Below are positions 42,277-56,313 of a DNA stretch of 64,000 bases, one piece after another (position 1 is the stretch's first letter; every line of letters starts with the position of its first letter). The position numbers and the translations under genes were made by a program. The notes under the pieces were generated by a model. The model was given only the letters and a program-made list of their open reading frames with translations. It was not told the DNA's origin and ran no database searches. Origin of the DNA: Octopus vulgaris (lineage: Eukaryota); assembly GCA_951406725.2 (NCBI GenBank), contig OX597820.1:75516001-75580000 (forward strand), in the 5' to 3' direction.

Positions 42277-42524
42277 AATAATAATCAGGAGAAATGAATA
42301 TTTTTTCCACATCATTGATCTTATGTAACAGTTCTTTACAGCATTCTTTCGTGGACCTAAGCACATTTCCACTGGATCGATTGCACACTGTTAGAAGTGC
42401 ATTCTGGTGTTTATGTCGGTGCAGTATCCGCAGGGTCATTCCTTTCTGCCACGAAACTGATTTAAGAAAAACACGCTAACCACCAGCATTACATATCCTT
42501 TTGAAATCCTTTATATATATATAT

Positions 42525-42934
42525 CTCACATTGTCGTGTAGTTACTGTTTACATCTCGTTCAGAGATTTATTATTGCTTGCATACAGTTTTTCGAGATCA
42601 GTGACGAAAAGTTACTGGAAAAACAATAAATAAGGATTTGCATTGGGACCTCCTCCATCGAAAACCGGTGATTGTCGTACGCCGACGACAGGTCAATACC
42701 TAGAACTGCAGTCCGTGCGTATCACTTAGGTTGACGAGGGAGGAATGACCTCCCTTTGCAAATACCATAAGGGCACAGAAAGTGTGACTAAAGCCAGCTG
42801 GAGACGATGTTCTCCTGGGGCTACAAGCTACAGTAACACCCAGCCTTAGTGGTTAGCCATATTGAGATGGCTAGTATACCTCACATTGTCGTGCAGTTAC
42901 TGTTTACATCTCGTTCAGAGATTTATTATTGCTT
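42525..42934 (+). mobile_element. Retrozyme/PLE-like unit: 55-bp direct terminal repeats, 355-bp period, internal hammerhead
   Basis: 42525-42579 equals 42880-42934 with one mismatch. (TA)n lies on both sides, and the HHR-like motif is at 42668-42725. Confidence 0.75.
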
Positions 42935-43129
42935 ATATATATATATATATATATACGAGCAAAATCCCCCCCCCCCGTCCAATGGACGGTGCTGGGTTGT
43001 CAAACATTTAAACTAAATTTTCTCAAAACATCTTGTCTGTCCCATAGGCCTCCCCTTTGAGAAACACTGATTTAACCTAAATTTGAGACACCAGCAAAAG
43101 AAGAAATAAAGATAGACTTTTCTATTCCA

Positions 43130-43412
43130 AAGAAAAACGATTTTATTCATACAAATATGCAACCGAAGAGTTTAAATTACCGGGAAGTACATCGCAACAG
43201 CTGATGTACTTGCGCGTACAAATGCACGTTCCCACGGCTTTATAGATCGCATTCTCACCTGGAATCGATTTTTGTATTTTTTTCAAGACTTATAAACGTC
43301 CTGATACCGTCGGTATCTACATATATCAAATTTGAGCGCAATTAGATGGAGGATGTCCGAGATCATAGAAGACACACACACACACGGACAGAACGGATTT
43401 TATATAATAGAT
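43130..43412 (-). mobile_element. Probable non-autonomous Helitron 5' fragment
   Basis: Minus strand begins A|TCTATTATATAAAA followed by a (TG)/(TCCG) microsatellite, a layout typical of Helitron-N ends. Confidence 0.45.
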
Positions 43413-43779
43413 ATATAATCAAAATAAGCAACAAGTATATCCAGAGGTAATGCTGTACGATTGTTTCAAGCAACTCCATTTAATTGAACAATGCAATTGA
43501 ACAGCTGCATAAAGACAATGAATGAAATTAAATTAAAACAGATATATATATATATGATGACTATATACATATAGGCACATGTACGTGGATGTACGGGCGC
43601 GTATGTGTATGTATGGACATGCGCACCTGCGCGATTGCTATGAACACTTTTACTCCCTTACCTTTATCCCTCCCCTTACTTAGCGGTTATTCGAATAGCT
43701 CTTTTGTCTTAATACGGTCAATCATAAAGTAATTTCCCTTTGTTCAACTGTCATTTTCATAGCATTTTTTTGATGGCCC

Positions 43780-43840
43780 GATAACTGAAGAGATGCCGGC
43801 GTGGGTTTCCGCACCGATATCCGAAACTTGGAGTTTCATC
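43780..43840 (+). ncRNA. Hammerhead-like motif, near intact
   Basis: GATAA-CTGAAGA-GATGCCGG..CCGATATC-C-GAAAC-TTGGA-GTT-TCATC, within a TA-flanked element at about 43555-43878. Confidence 0.65.
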
Positions 43841-43876
43841 ATGGCTACCGATTAATTGTCACATATTATATTTACA

Positions 43877-43983
<107 letters not shown>

Positions 43984-44145
43984 TGAATACCAAAGCGCAG
44001 TGTAGCATCATAAGTCTCTATTTATGCTGTTCACGTGGTCAGAGTGCAAATTCGACCGCAACCTTCTTTCGGTCGCCTTTTGTGACACTCAGAAGAAAAG
44101 TTTGTTATATCTTTTTATATGTCGTTGCCCACAAATCGCGATATA

Positions 44146-45031
44146 CGTGGTCTGATCAATAAGTATACGGACTGTTATCATAGTAACGAAGATAAAGTAA
44201 GCAGAGTAAAGCCACTCGGTACAGATTGACGTTAAACTCTGCTGTGTTTGTGCACTAAGTTCTAACGTTCTAGCTCACTTCCGCCGTTCACAACAATACT
44301 TAGAATGAAAGTGTGTAGTGTGTGATTGTCTCATTAAATATAACAGAGAAAGTTGAGCAGAGAATCTGCATCAAATTTTGCCAAACGCTTGGCGATACCT
44401 GCTCGGAGGCCTATGCAAAGTTTTCAAGAAGTTTTCATCCTTCTCGATACAATCAAGGCGCTTTGTACAACTGAAACCCGAGTGTGATTTTGGTCAGCTG
44501 AAAGCAGTTTTGGAACAAACTTGGCGGACACGAGTCTCATACCGAAATCTTCAGTGATGATGGAATAAATTCAACCGTAACTAATATGGACATTCTCTGA
44601 TAACACACAGATGGTGATTTCCTCTCACAGCTGCGCGCACATTTGCGACGTTTTACTCAATTCCGCTGGTTATGGGTCTCCCAGACCGTTCTTCACTATC
44701 AATATTTTTTCGGCCAACTTGGTAACATCTGAACCACTTGTACATTTGTGTGAAGCCCATACATTCCTCTCTGAACACTTTCTGCAACTTTGCATCAGCC
44801 TCTGAGCAGGTATCGCCATGACAACTTACTCTGTCATGGTCAATGTGGCGATCACATGCTACACATCTTCCTTCCAAGCGCTGCTGTAAACAGCAGAAGT
44901 GAGCTAGAATTCTAAAACTACGTACGCTTGCACAGCAGAGTTAAAGGTCAATCTGAGCCAAGTGGTTTTACTCTACGTACTTTAGCTTCATTACTATAGC
45001 AACAGTCCGGGTACTTATTGATCATAACTCG
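44146..45031 (-). mobile_element. Non-autonomous mariner derivative with long inverted ends and truncated transposase
   Basis: TA|CGTGGTCTGATCAATAAGTA...TACTTATTGATCATAACTCG|TA. The minus strand encodes YKWFRCY..EERSGRP and MRLVSAKFVPKLL. Confidence 0.9.
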
Positions 45032-45304
45032 TAAATACACAACTAAACATGAGTACGTATCTTTAATGGCGTATCTTCATTTATTTCAAATAAGAAAAAA
45101 TAAGAACTTACTTCGTAGTTTTGAAGTCGGAAGCAGAATGCCACACGCGGTAATTTGTACCAACAGCCACATACATTTATGGTGGAATAGAATGTATGAT
45201 GCCGGATAAACATCTGACATGATTTTGTAAACTAAAAATCAGGAACCGAACTCACAACTTTATAATCTTAAGCCTAATGCTCTAACCACTAAGCCACGCA
45301 ATTT

Positions 45305-45346
45305 CACACACACGCGCGCGCGCACGCACACACACATGCACGCACA

Positions 45347-45377
<31 letters not shown>

Positions 45378-45416
45378 GCGCGCGCACACACACACACGCA
45401 CGCACACACATGCACG

Positions 45417-45447
<31 letters not shown>

Positions 45448-45574
45448 GCACGCATATACACATGCACGCACACGCACACACTCACACACACACACACGCA
45501 CGCACACAAACGCACACACACGCACACACACATGCGCACGTACACACACACACGCACACAAACGCGCACAAACG

Positions 45575-45606
<32 letters not shown>

Positions 45607-45645
45607 CACACACAAACGCATACACACACAAACACACACACGCGA
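45305..45645. repeat. Alternating purine-pyrimidine (CA/CG)n tract
   Basis: Read directly. The composition is Z-DNA-prone. Confidence 0.95.
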
Positions 45646-46354
45646 ACGAGATTTTCTGGGACATTTTCTAACCATCTGCAACTGGTAAACAAATCAATTC
45701 TTACCATCTTACTCTATTTTGCATTAGTGGATGTCACGCTCCAGTAAGCACACCATCAGGAGCAACTGTTTCCATGGCAGTAGGAAGAAAGTGAGTCAGC
45801 GCTTACGAGGAACTTATTTACACATGTGAAGCGAATAATTTTTTGGCCTCGTTGTCAAATGTTCATTTGCTGGAAATCTGGGAAGCGGATACGTTCAACA
45901 CACCACCTGAGATCAAATAAGTACTTTCTCAATATTTTTAATGTCAAAAGAGAAACTCATTATTTTAGCTTGAAGTAGCATTTAGAAAGGTCATCCTGAA
46001 ACTCTCGCATTTCCTCTTTGAAGCATTCCCAACAAAGCGTGATTTTCGCGTATCCATTACAAGTGATGAATGAAAACAATACCAAAAAACAAAATTAATA
46101 TAATCAAATTTGCTACTTAAATCGTGTAGATTGTCATAGGTTGAATAACAAATACTTCGTTATCTTGTTATATTGGATTAATGATATTTATTATCAACGC
46201 TACATCCGGTTTCTGACACTGCTTAACTTCCCTTCTTTGCAACTTATCTTTTTTACACCAGCAATCTTCTTTCAATACACGCTGTTACGTTGTCAGATAA
46301 ATTCGCTCAGTTTTGTTTCCATTCATTTTTATTCTAGTCTTTTCAAATGTTATT

Positions 46355-46750
46355 CAGGTTCAAATTTTGACACAAATCCAGCAATTTCGGGAGGGGGTGG
46401 GGCTAATCGATTCAATCGATTTCAATGCTTAGCTGTTACTTTTTTTCTTGACTCGGCAAAATTTGAGCCCAGTACGTAAGGACGGACGAAGTGCTGCTAA
46501 ATATTTTGTCTGACTGATTAATGATTCTGTTACTTCGCTGCCTTACTACGATCATGCTGGAGCACACCTTGATGAATTTTTGGGCAGAAACGTTAGCACG
46601 CCGGGCGAAATGCTTACCAGTATTTCGTCTGTCTTTACGTTTTGAGTTCAAATTCCGCCGAGGTCGACTTTACTTTTCATCCTTTCGGAGTCGATAAATT
46701 AAGTACCAGTTGCGTACTGGGGTCGATATAATAGACTGGCCCCTCCCCCT
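46355..46750. mobile_element. Divergent SINE B pair (minus about 46355-46545, plus 46583-46750)
   Basis: Family B motifs occur on both strands. Confidence 0.7.
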
Positions 46751-46769
46751 AAAAAATAATAAGAAAAGC

Positions 46770-46845
<76 letters not shown>

Positions 46846-46924
46846 CATTATTATCATTATTATTATTATTATTATTATTATTAATTAATTAATTAATTAA
46901 TTAATTTATTTATTTATTTTTGAA

Positions 46925-47182
46925 AGTTATGGGGACGTAATCACACCACCACCGATTGTCAAGTGGTGATGGGGAGAAACACAGACACAAAGACTCACAC
47001 ACATAGACACACACACACATAGACACACACATATGTGACAGATTTCATTCAGTCTCCTTTTGCAAAATCCTCTCACAAGGATTTTGTCAGCGCGAAGCTA
47101 TATTAGAAAATACTCTTCCAAGATGCCATGTTGTGGAACTGAACCGAGAACTATGTGGTTGCAAAGCAAATTTCTTACCGCA
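46925..47182 (-). mobile_element. SINE family A, degenerate
   Basis: Reverse complement of the family A head and body. Confidence 0.75.
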
Positions 47183-47902
47183 CGAGGGATATTTCATCGT
47201 TCCAACAACCTTTACCCATTTTTACACAAATGTACTTTTTATTCCTGTTACAAAAATCGCAACCGTTTCAGTTCATACACAAATTGATAATTAAAGGATT
47301 ACGAACCTTTAACGATTTGAAATGTTGGGTAAAATTTAGCCATGTTACAGCCAAACTTTCTGTTCAAATCGTAGAGGTGTTTTGAAAAGTGCCTTACTTT
47401 TGCTTTTATCTTCGAAACGTGACTACGACAATAATGGCAAGTAATAATTCTTTCAAATTTTTGGCACAAGGCCAACAACTTTGAGGTGATGGGGAAGTCA
47501 ATTACATCGACCCTAATGCTTGACTAGTCCTTATTTTAGCAACTCCGAAAATATTAATTGTAAAGCCTACCTTGTTGGCATTTGAATTCAAAACGTAAAG
47601 CCAGAAGAAATTTTTTAAAGATTTTTTTGTTCGGTGCACTAACGATTCTGTCAGCACGACGGCTTAATTCTAGGACCGGATTTTTACCTTTTCACCGACA
47701 GATTTTTAAAATAATTTTTTGTAACTAAACACTATCAAACTTCGAACACTGATAGAATGTGTTATATCAAGCATCTTTTACTCTTAGCATTTTTGAGAAA
47801 AACTTATATTTACGAAGTTATTTCACGTTAAAGTTCTCCTGTTTCGATAATTTTAGCCAATCAATGACGTGTATTCAGCTACCCCGACCGCTAACTTGGG
47901 TA

Positions 47903-48142
47903 ACGCCGCCAGTAACGCAGAGAAAAGAAAGTTCAACAAATACAAGTGACTGACTGGTCACCATCTGACTTGAGGCTGTCGAGTCCTCAGTCGTTCTTGG
48001 ACCCTAGGTTTCCTCCACAAAATCGGGATAAGCGTGCTGTCGGGAACATGAGTCCCGTGAAGTGGGTGGCTGTTGCACGCTCTGTCGCTGCTCATTCTCT
48101 GCAGCAACGTCTTTGCAGTTATGTCTGCGATGCGCGGCTGAA
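47903..48142 (+). pseudogene. CRE-like non-LTR retrotransposon 3' end (RLE C-terminus)
   Basis: Frames give AASNAEKRKFNKYK, AVESSVVLGP, FLHKIG and WLLHALSLLILCSNVFAV (compare AA..AE..K..KY..AVET.GV.GP..FL..IG..WL.QRLSLAI.RGNA). Confidence 0.65.
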
Positions 48143-49021
48143 TACTCCATCAGTTCTGGATTGTACAACCTGTTACATCTTTTGCCGATTAATTCTCCCA
48201 CCATTTTTCTTTTAATTTGTTTCCTTTATAAGTAGTTCTGTTTCCCCTTTTTTTCTCGAGAATTTTATCTATCATTTCTTATGCTTTCGCTTTTTTTTCA
48301 TCTTCCTGAGAAAATATGTTGCTAAATAAAATTGAGGATTTCATGAGTTAAAGGAATTCCACTTAAATCTTAAGTGGTAGCTTAAAAAGAAGACGCAAAA
48401 GAAAGTATTTTCTCTTTTAAATGTAAGATACTACAGCTGAAAGTAAGTTACGTCGCATATTAATTTAGCTGTTATTTTTAACATTTCCAGCTTCATCAGG
48501 CAGAGGCAGATCTATAACGGTCATTTCAGTCATTTCAGAGGCACTGAATCCTTCTGGAAACACAAATACTAAACAAATTTAAGTTTGTGATTAGAACTAC
48601 GTAATTTACTTTGTGTGTGAATGCGTGTTTGTACGTCTGTGTATGTGTGTGATTGGCAACTAAGTTGGAGCAGATACATTATTGGAGGAACTGCGATAAT
48701 AGCATGGAACGAGGTTTTTTAGTCAATGTTTACAATCTTGGGCTTTGTTCGTCGTAAAACACTCAAACACAGAAACGAATAATATTTACCCAGAAGATAC
48801 TTTCACTGGAATCGTCATTCGCTAAACAACAAACATTCCATAAGATATTTAAATAATCAAGCATTTCAAGAAAATATGCGACGTCTTTTATTTGCGCTGA
48901 TTATATAAACACACGCTATAAGAAGAATCTGCGTCTTAAAATATGTATTTATGCATGTGTGTGTATCTATATATACGCATATATATAAGCATATGGACAT
49001 GTATATATATATATATATATA

Positions 49022-49248
49022 CTCTTTTACGCTTTTACTTGTTTCAGCCATTTGACTGTGCCCATGCAGGAGCACCGCCTTTAGTCGAGCAAATCGACCC
49101 CAGGACTTATTCTTTGTAAGCCTAGTACTTATTCTATCATTTTCTTTGCCGAACCGCTAAGTAAAAACACCAGCATCAGTTGTCAAGTGATGTTGGGGGG
49201 GGGGGGACAAAGACAGACGCAGAAACGTATACACACACACACACACAT

Positions 49249-49283
<35 letters not shown>

Positions 49284-49448
49284 TATACGACGAGCTTCTT
49301 TCAGTTTCCCTCTACCAAATCCATTCACAAGGCTTTGGTCTCCCCGAGGCTATAGTAGAAGACACTTGTCCCAGGTTCCACGCAGTGGGGCTGAACCCGG
49401 AACCATGTGGTTCGTAATCAAGCTACTTACCACATAGCCACTCCTACG
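49022..49448 (-). mobile_element. SINE family A, full length
   Basis: Reverse complement of family A. Confidence 0.9.
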
Positions 49449-49902
49449 CCTCTCTCTCTCTCTTTCTCTCTCCCTCTCTCACTCTCTCATAAATTCGTAC
49501 ATAAATTCGTACGTATGCATGGAGAAACCGTGCGTGTGTTTGTATGTTTCTAATCATAATTCTTTCGGCTTTAGCTGTATCTACTAATTATAGAGAGAAC
49601 AGTAGTTAGTACTAAATAGGTAATGTTACACGAAGCGCCTAATTAACTTAAACCCTAACCCAAAGAAGCGTAGACATATTAAAAACAGAGAAAATAATCC
49701 TGAGAAAACAGCACCTGCAGCGAATGAGAAGAGGAAGTTAGGTCGGTAAGAAAGAATGGTTTGTAACAGGATAGGACAACCTAATTAGCAGAAATGGTTT
49801 GAATTCACTCTTTTCCTTCATTCCAAAATTCACAAGATGGCGGGCGATGGTGCAGGCGGGTGGCTTGCAAAAACCGCCTTGTTGTTATTGTTGTTGTTGT
49901 TG

Positions 49903-49970
<68 letters not shown>

Positions 49971-50221
49971 GTTATTATTATTCGTTGACCCTACCCCCAC
50001 ATCTTTATGAATTGTACTACGTTATGCTACGCTCTGATCATACGGAATGTGAGTGAAATGCGGGGTGAATGTAATGTCGGCCAGTACAACAGAGACTGTT
50101 CTCCGTACTTAGTAGTAGTAGTAGTAGTAGTTTGTAGGAAATATTTTCGGATTTTACATTCATATATATTACCAACCTGACTATATTCATCATTCACCAC
50201 CGTGTACAGCCAACACCAAAA

Positions 50222-50830
<609 letters not shown>

Positions 50831-51142
50831 TATTCCACACAGAAAATATATATCTAACCTATATTCACCGAGCTAATGTTATGTTTACCAGATGCCAAAA
50901 AAATGTAAGATTATCTTCTAAGCGGATTAAACAGGCCATTATGTTCATTAATTTTTATAGGTGTATACATACATACATATCATATCATATACTTACATAT
51001 AAATACATATCTGGGAGTGTGCGTTATGCGCACGCGCATTTGTGTGTGTTCATGTATGTGTGTGTGTATGTAAATATATATATATATACATTTACATACA
51101 CGAACTCATAAACACATACGTGCATACATATGTGTGCATATG

Positions 51143-51193
<51 letters not shown>

Positions 51194-52239
51194 CATATAA
51201 TATATATATATACACACATATATATGTGTCTGTGTGTAAATATGTGTATATACGTATACATATGTATATATACATACATATATATATATATATATCTATA
51301 TATATATATATATGTATATATATATAAGTATGTATACACACACATACACACAAACACATATATATATATACATATGCGAGCATGTACTATATATGTATGT
51401 ATGTACATACGTGGAACGAACGTATTCCAAATACGACTCTGTGTGTGTTTTTTTTTGTGTGTGTGTGTGTGTGTTTGTGTGTGTGTGTTTGTGTGTATGT
51501 GTGTGTGCGTGCGCGCGTGTGTGTAACCAGACGATGACAGTATCTTATTCTGCTAGCTTCAGCAGCGTATATGCTTACTTTATACCTGTTATTAAAACAC
51601 GACAAAATTTACGATTAAAAAAAAATAATAATAAAAAAACCGCTGATGCTTATATGATGCAATAACATTATCCTTAACACATGACGATGCACACGAACAG
51701 GAGCCGTAGAGACATAGTTCACAAATTTCCAATATATATTTCGTAAATATAATATAAATTCAAATCTATATTACGGATTATGAGATGCAGTTTCAAACGC
51801 CAATCTCCAATCAGCGGCACTGAAGGTGATAAGGTGATATAAATCATAAAATGATAGATTTCCGGGTCAGCAGGCAGCAGACGCTCCACGCCACTGGTGG
51901 TATTTCTCACCTGAGTTTCCAGTTCTTTTTATGTTCAAGTCCATGTTATCTATTTTAAATATGTACCAATCATTGCACTGTGGCCACGCTGGGGTACAGC
52001 CATATAAGGTTTAGTTTGAGAAAAATATCGACCACATGATTTATATTTAAACCTGGTAATTATTCGAAGTCTGATATATATTCTTTCAGTTTCTTTAAGG
52101 GAATGACTAGGTACGGTGCCATCAACAAACCAGCATCGGCTGTAGGGGAAATATTGAGGGAGCAGACACAAGCGGAAACTTCCATCGAGATACGGCCGTT
52201 TGACTAACTTCCTCGTGTTTTGTTCATGGAAGAAAACAT

Positions 52240-52413
52240 TCTTTTACTTCTTGAAGTCATTTGACTACGGCCAAGCTGGAGCACCGTCTTTATTCGAACA
52301 AATCGACTCCCAGGACTTCTTTGTTAGCCTAGTACTTATTCTATCGGTAACTTTTGCCGAACTGCTAAGTTACGGGGACGTAGACACACCAACTCAAGCG
52401 GTGGTGAGGGACA

Positions 52414-52462
<49 letters not shown>

Positions 52463-52820
52463 TCTTATAGTCTGAAGCCATTGTAGATTTCAAGATATCT
52501 ACGATGGCTTCAAGATATCAAGCAGTGGGATTGAACCCAGAAACGTCTGGTTGGGAAGCAAGCTTGTTACCACGCACCTATGGCCTCGTGAGTGTCTTTG
52601 TGTCTGTGTTTCATCCATTACCCTCTCGCTTGAAAACTGGTGTTTGTTTCATTACGTCCCCCTAACTTGGCGGTTTAGCAAAAGAGACTAATAAAATAGG
52701 TACCAGGTTTAATAAAATTCAAAGTATTGGGGTCGACTGGTTAGACTAATATTCTATAAGGCAATGCCCAAGCATGGCCGCAGTCTGATGACTGAAATAG
52801 GTAAATGATAGAAGATAAAA
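52240..52820. mobile_element. Inverted SINE A pair (minus about 52240-52578, plus 3' half about 52590-52820)
   Basis: The family A body occurs on both strands. Confidence 0.7.
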
Positions 52821-52826
52821 GGTATT

Positions 52827-52860
<34 letters not shown>

Positions 52861-53020
52861 CACATGTATGTATATATATTGAGGTTATGAGAGGTAATGG
52901 TGTCAAGAAGACCCAAAGGTGTCAGGTAAACCTTAGTAAGTGCTATGGACAGACTATAGTTAAGCTCCAGGTTTGGTGATTATGAGAATGAGGTCATATA
53001 TTAGCATGCGTATATATATA

Positions 53021-53432
53021 TAAAATTAACAGAATGGGATAAAAATCCAAATAGTTATTCTAGAGAAAATATGAAATAGAGAGTGAAGTGGAGGAATGAA
53101 AACAAACGTGAGATATGCAGGGATATTGTATCAGCAGTTCCATTATTTAGGCAGAATGGTATACACATAAGTTTCCTGTACCTTGTGTGTATGTTCCAAT
53201 AGTATTTAAAAGTGGTCATTCCAAGCATACGGTTTGTATAAGGTGTTATTGAATCGAGGTTTTTTTCCAAGTGACTTAAAAGTTAGGAATAACTATTGCT
53301 TAACAATTTTCTGACACCGTCTCCGATGAAAGGACGTATGAAATATCCCGAAACCTGCTGTGAGACCTTATCTTTATAAATGTTCTAAAATCTTTCACAG
53401 CCTTGGATTTTATCTCATTCTGTTATTTTTTA
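53021..53432 (+). mobile_element. TA-flanked element with about 30-bp imperfect inverted termini and variant hammerhead (53319-53366)
   Basis: TAAAATTAACAGAATGGGATAAAAATCCAA is inverted against TTGGATTTTATCTCATTCTGTTATTTTTTA. The motif reads GTCT-CCGATGA..GAAAC-CTGCT-GTG-AGAC. Confidence 0.65.
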
Positions 53433-53442
53433 TGCATGTGTG

Positions 53443-53514
<72 letters not shown>

Positions 53515-53593
53515 TGTAAAATAATTTTACAGATAAATTTCCTCTATTTACTTAATATTGAGGTCTCTTTCTTTCGCTATCTTACCGTTTTTA

Positions 53594-53645
<52 letters not shown>

Positions 53646-53764
53646 GGGAAAACAATTTTCCAAATCAATCAGGTACAACCCTTCAGCTTTATATGCATTT
53701 ACATATCGTACCCTGGGGTCTTATTTATCATATATTTACATAAATATATGCATGTATATGTATA

Positions 53765-53844
<80 letters not shown>

Positions 53845-53847
53845 TGA

Positions 53848-53905
<58 letters not shown>

Positions 53906-54339
53906 TTAGATAAAAATAAATGGCAGTGTAACCGAATAATTTAATTCAATATATATCAGCTGTGAAGAGAAAACGGGAACCTATAGATGCTTGGTCACAA
54001 GAAATAGTCTTACTTCTTCCTGTAACATAGAATGTTGGCGTCTTGGAATCAACCAATTATTCTTCAAAGGCGTTTTCAGCTTCCGCCTACTTGTTGACAA
54101 CTTTATTTAGCAGGAAGTTAACAAGATGCTTCAAAATTTGACATCCTGTCGGATGAAGTGCTGGAACGTAAGATGGTCGAGGCAGAGATTATTTGCCAAA
54201 ATCTTGTGTTTTACAGACATTTCTAAGATTGGCGGTTTGACACTGACATGGAAAACAATTGATTCTTTTAGACTGACCAATGTTAAACATAATTGCTGAA
54301 CTTTAATATACATAACTTTAACTTGCGTAATTCCTTCTC

Positions 54340-54760
54340 ATGCTTCTCTACATTGAGGGTTTTTCTAGGTAGGGCTCAGGAAATTGCAGACGACATTTCC
54401 ACAACCCTGTCACTAAATCATGGTCAGGTCCTGCCATTGGTACAATTTCGCTTTGGGAATGCGTTTTAGTGAATATCAGATCACCTGTGAAATCTCTGAC
54501 GAGTGCTACTGGTAACCTGGAATTCAGTACAACCTGAAGCATTATTGAATCGTCTGTGACTAAACCGGCACTCCCACTATAATTACACGGTGCAGAGGTT
54601 TGCTAGAATATCAGCAGGACTAAACACAAGATCTATCAAAAGCACGGGTGTACCTGGTATAGGTTCAATGACTATTTGTCAATAGCAGGGGCTCTCAAAA
54701 ATTCCGGGTTCACGTCCAGTATAGTGGAAAACCTCGAGAAGTGAGATACCCTCAGCTTTT
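54340..54760 (-). pseudogene. Possible decayed LINE apurinic-endonuclease region
   Basis: QIVIEP..IDLVFS and DLIFT...GPDHDLV resemble the APE LDL.F..SDH motifs. The region is heavily degraded. Confidence 0.35.
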
Positions 54761-55889
54761 GTTAAAGCATGACTCTAGAATCCGCTACAAACTCTGGCTT
54801 CGTCTGCTCCGATAATCGGCGGCGGCTTCGTAAGCGAATCCTTTGCGATGCCCCACAATTGACGGTAGGGTGAGCTGCTACGGATCACACTGTCCTAAAT
54901 TGTGTATGCATGTGACCGGGGATCACATGGGAACTTTGAAACTTCACAGTGAAACTTGGAACACGTAGGGGGATTTCAACAGAGGAAGTAATAGGCTACA
55001 ACTAAATACTGCAAACACTTCGTCCAAATGTCTAGTGATTTGACAATTCAACTGTCACAGTTTTTAGTAATAACCAGACAGCTCTATGATTAATAGGTGC
55101 CGTTTTTTTTATGTGCATGTGGAGTTCATTTTGCATGTGTTCGTGTATATATGTTTTATCTCATGTCAGCTATGATCCATCCGATTTATGGGGAAATGAG
55201 CTGCTATTCATCCGTATTTCTTTTATCATTCACATATATTGGGTGGGTTTGAAATATATTAGTGAACGTGTCGATTCTTTTAACACGACATAGCATAATT
55301 TTGGAGGTTTGGTCGCTTATTTCTAACATGTTAAACGTTCATTGGTTTATTATTTATGTTATCGACAAAGATACAAAGAAAAATTTTCAAGTGCAGAAAA
55401 TTTCGGTTTCAAGTTTCAGCAGAAATGCAGAGCGGCGCAACCTCAGGACACAAATGGTACTTATTTTGTCTACTCTAAAAAGATGCAAGACAAGGTCGAC
55501 CACTGCAGAATTTAAACTCAGAAGAAAATGCCTCTAAGCATTTCGCTAACGTTCCTGCCAGTTCAGCGACTTAAGTGAAAAAAATAGTATTTTCATTAAG
55601 CATTATGCAAGAGATATTTGTTGGTTCTTCAAAAGAAGCTCTAAACTGAGTATCATCTTTCTATAAAACGCCATAGCCTTTTTCAGGGGATAATTTTTAT
55701 TCTAATCTTGTATCCCCGCAAAAAAGACCATCTCTACGCATTCTTTCAAATATATATAATACTGTACCAAGAACGCTCTCTTTATTATTCTACTATATGT
55801 ATAGATAATCACTCACTCCTTGTGCAATGCATGCCTATATCTTTTCAATTTCCCTAGATTTTTGTTCGAAATAGTAACACAAAATGGAA

Positions 55890-56106
55890 GCGGCATGTTG
55901 GCAGAATCGTTAGCATACCGGACACAGTACTTAGCGCCATTTCTTCCAGCTGTTAAACTTCTGAGTTCAAATACTCACCCTCTCATCCCAGATTGACTTT
56001 GTTTTCATCCATTTGACATCGGTAAAATAAGTAGCTGATTAACACTGTAGTCGATGTAATCGATTTGACCCCTCACTCAAAAATTTCATGTTTTGTGCCT
56101 ATAGTA
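55890..56106 (+). mobile_element. SINE family B, degenerate
   Basis: TGGCAGAATCGTTAGCA head with the family B body. Confidence 0.7.
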
Positions 56107-56140
56107 GATAGTAACAAGAATCATAACATAAAACAACCAT

Positions 56141-56219
56141 TATTTACAGTTAGCGGATATTTGTCCGGTGTCTTGGAGAAATTTCGAACCTGGGTTATCA
56201 TCCCTAAGGTATTTCTCGA

Positions 56220-56250
<31 letters not shown>

Positions 56251-56313
56251 TCGGAATCGAACTCGGAAACTTGGGGTTAGTATCCCGTACTCTTAACCAC
56301 TACGCCATATGCC
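56141..56313 (-). mobile_element. Family H copy 3: tRNA-like head, (AAT)n, and body lacking the hammerhead
   Basis: Minus strand has A box TGGCGTAGTGG (56307-56297) and B box GTTCGATTCC (56262-56253). The body matches 9318/36165 with an internal deletion. Confidence 0.7.

Noticed and set aside
47990-48020. FLDPRF motif suggesting a hAT transposase
   Set aside because: Neighbouring frames match a CRE-like RLE C-terminus over a much longer span.
49648-49662. TAACCC telomere-like units (also about 13977)
   Set aside because: Only about two units, not an interstitial telomere array.
52780-52800. CTGATGA..GAAA hammerhead-like string (similar chance hits at about 8498, 13291, 35102 and 48490)
   Set aside because: This is a mutated SINE A 3' hairpin, and the other hits lack stems I-III.
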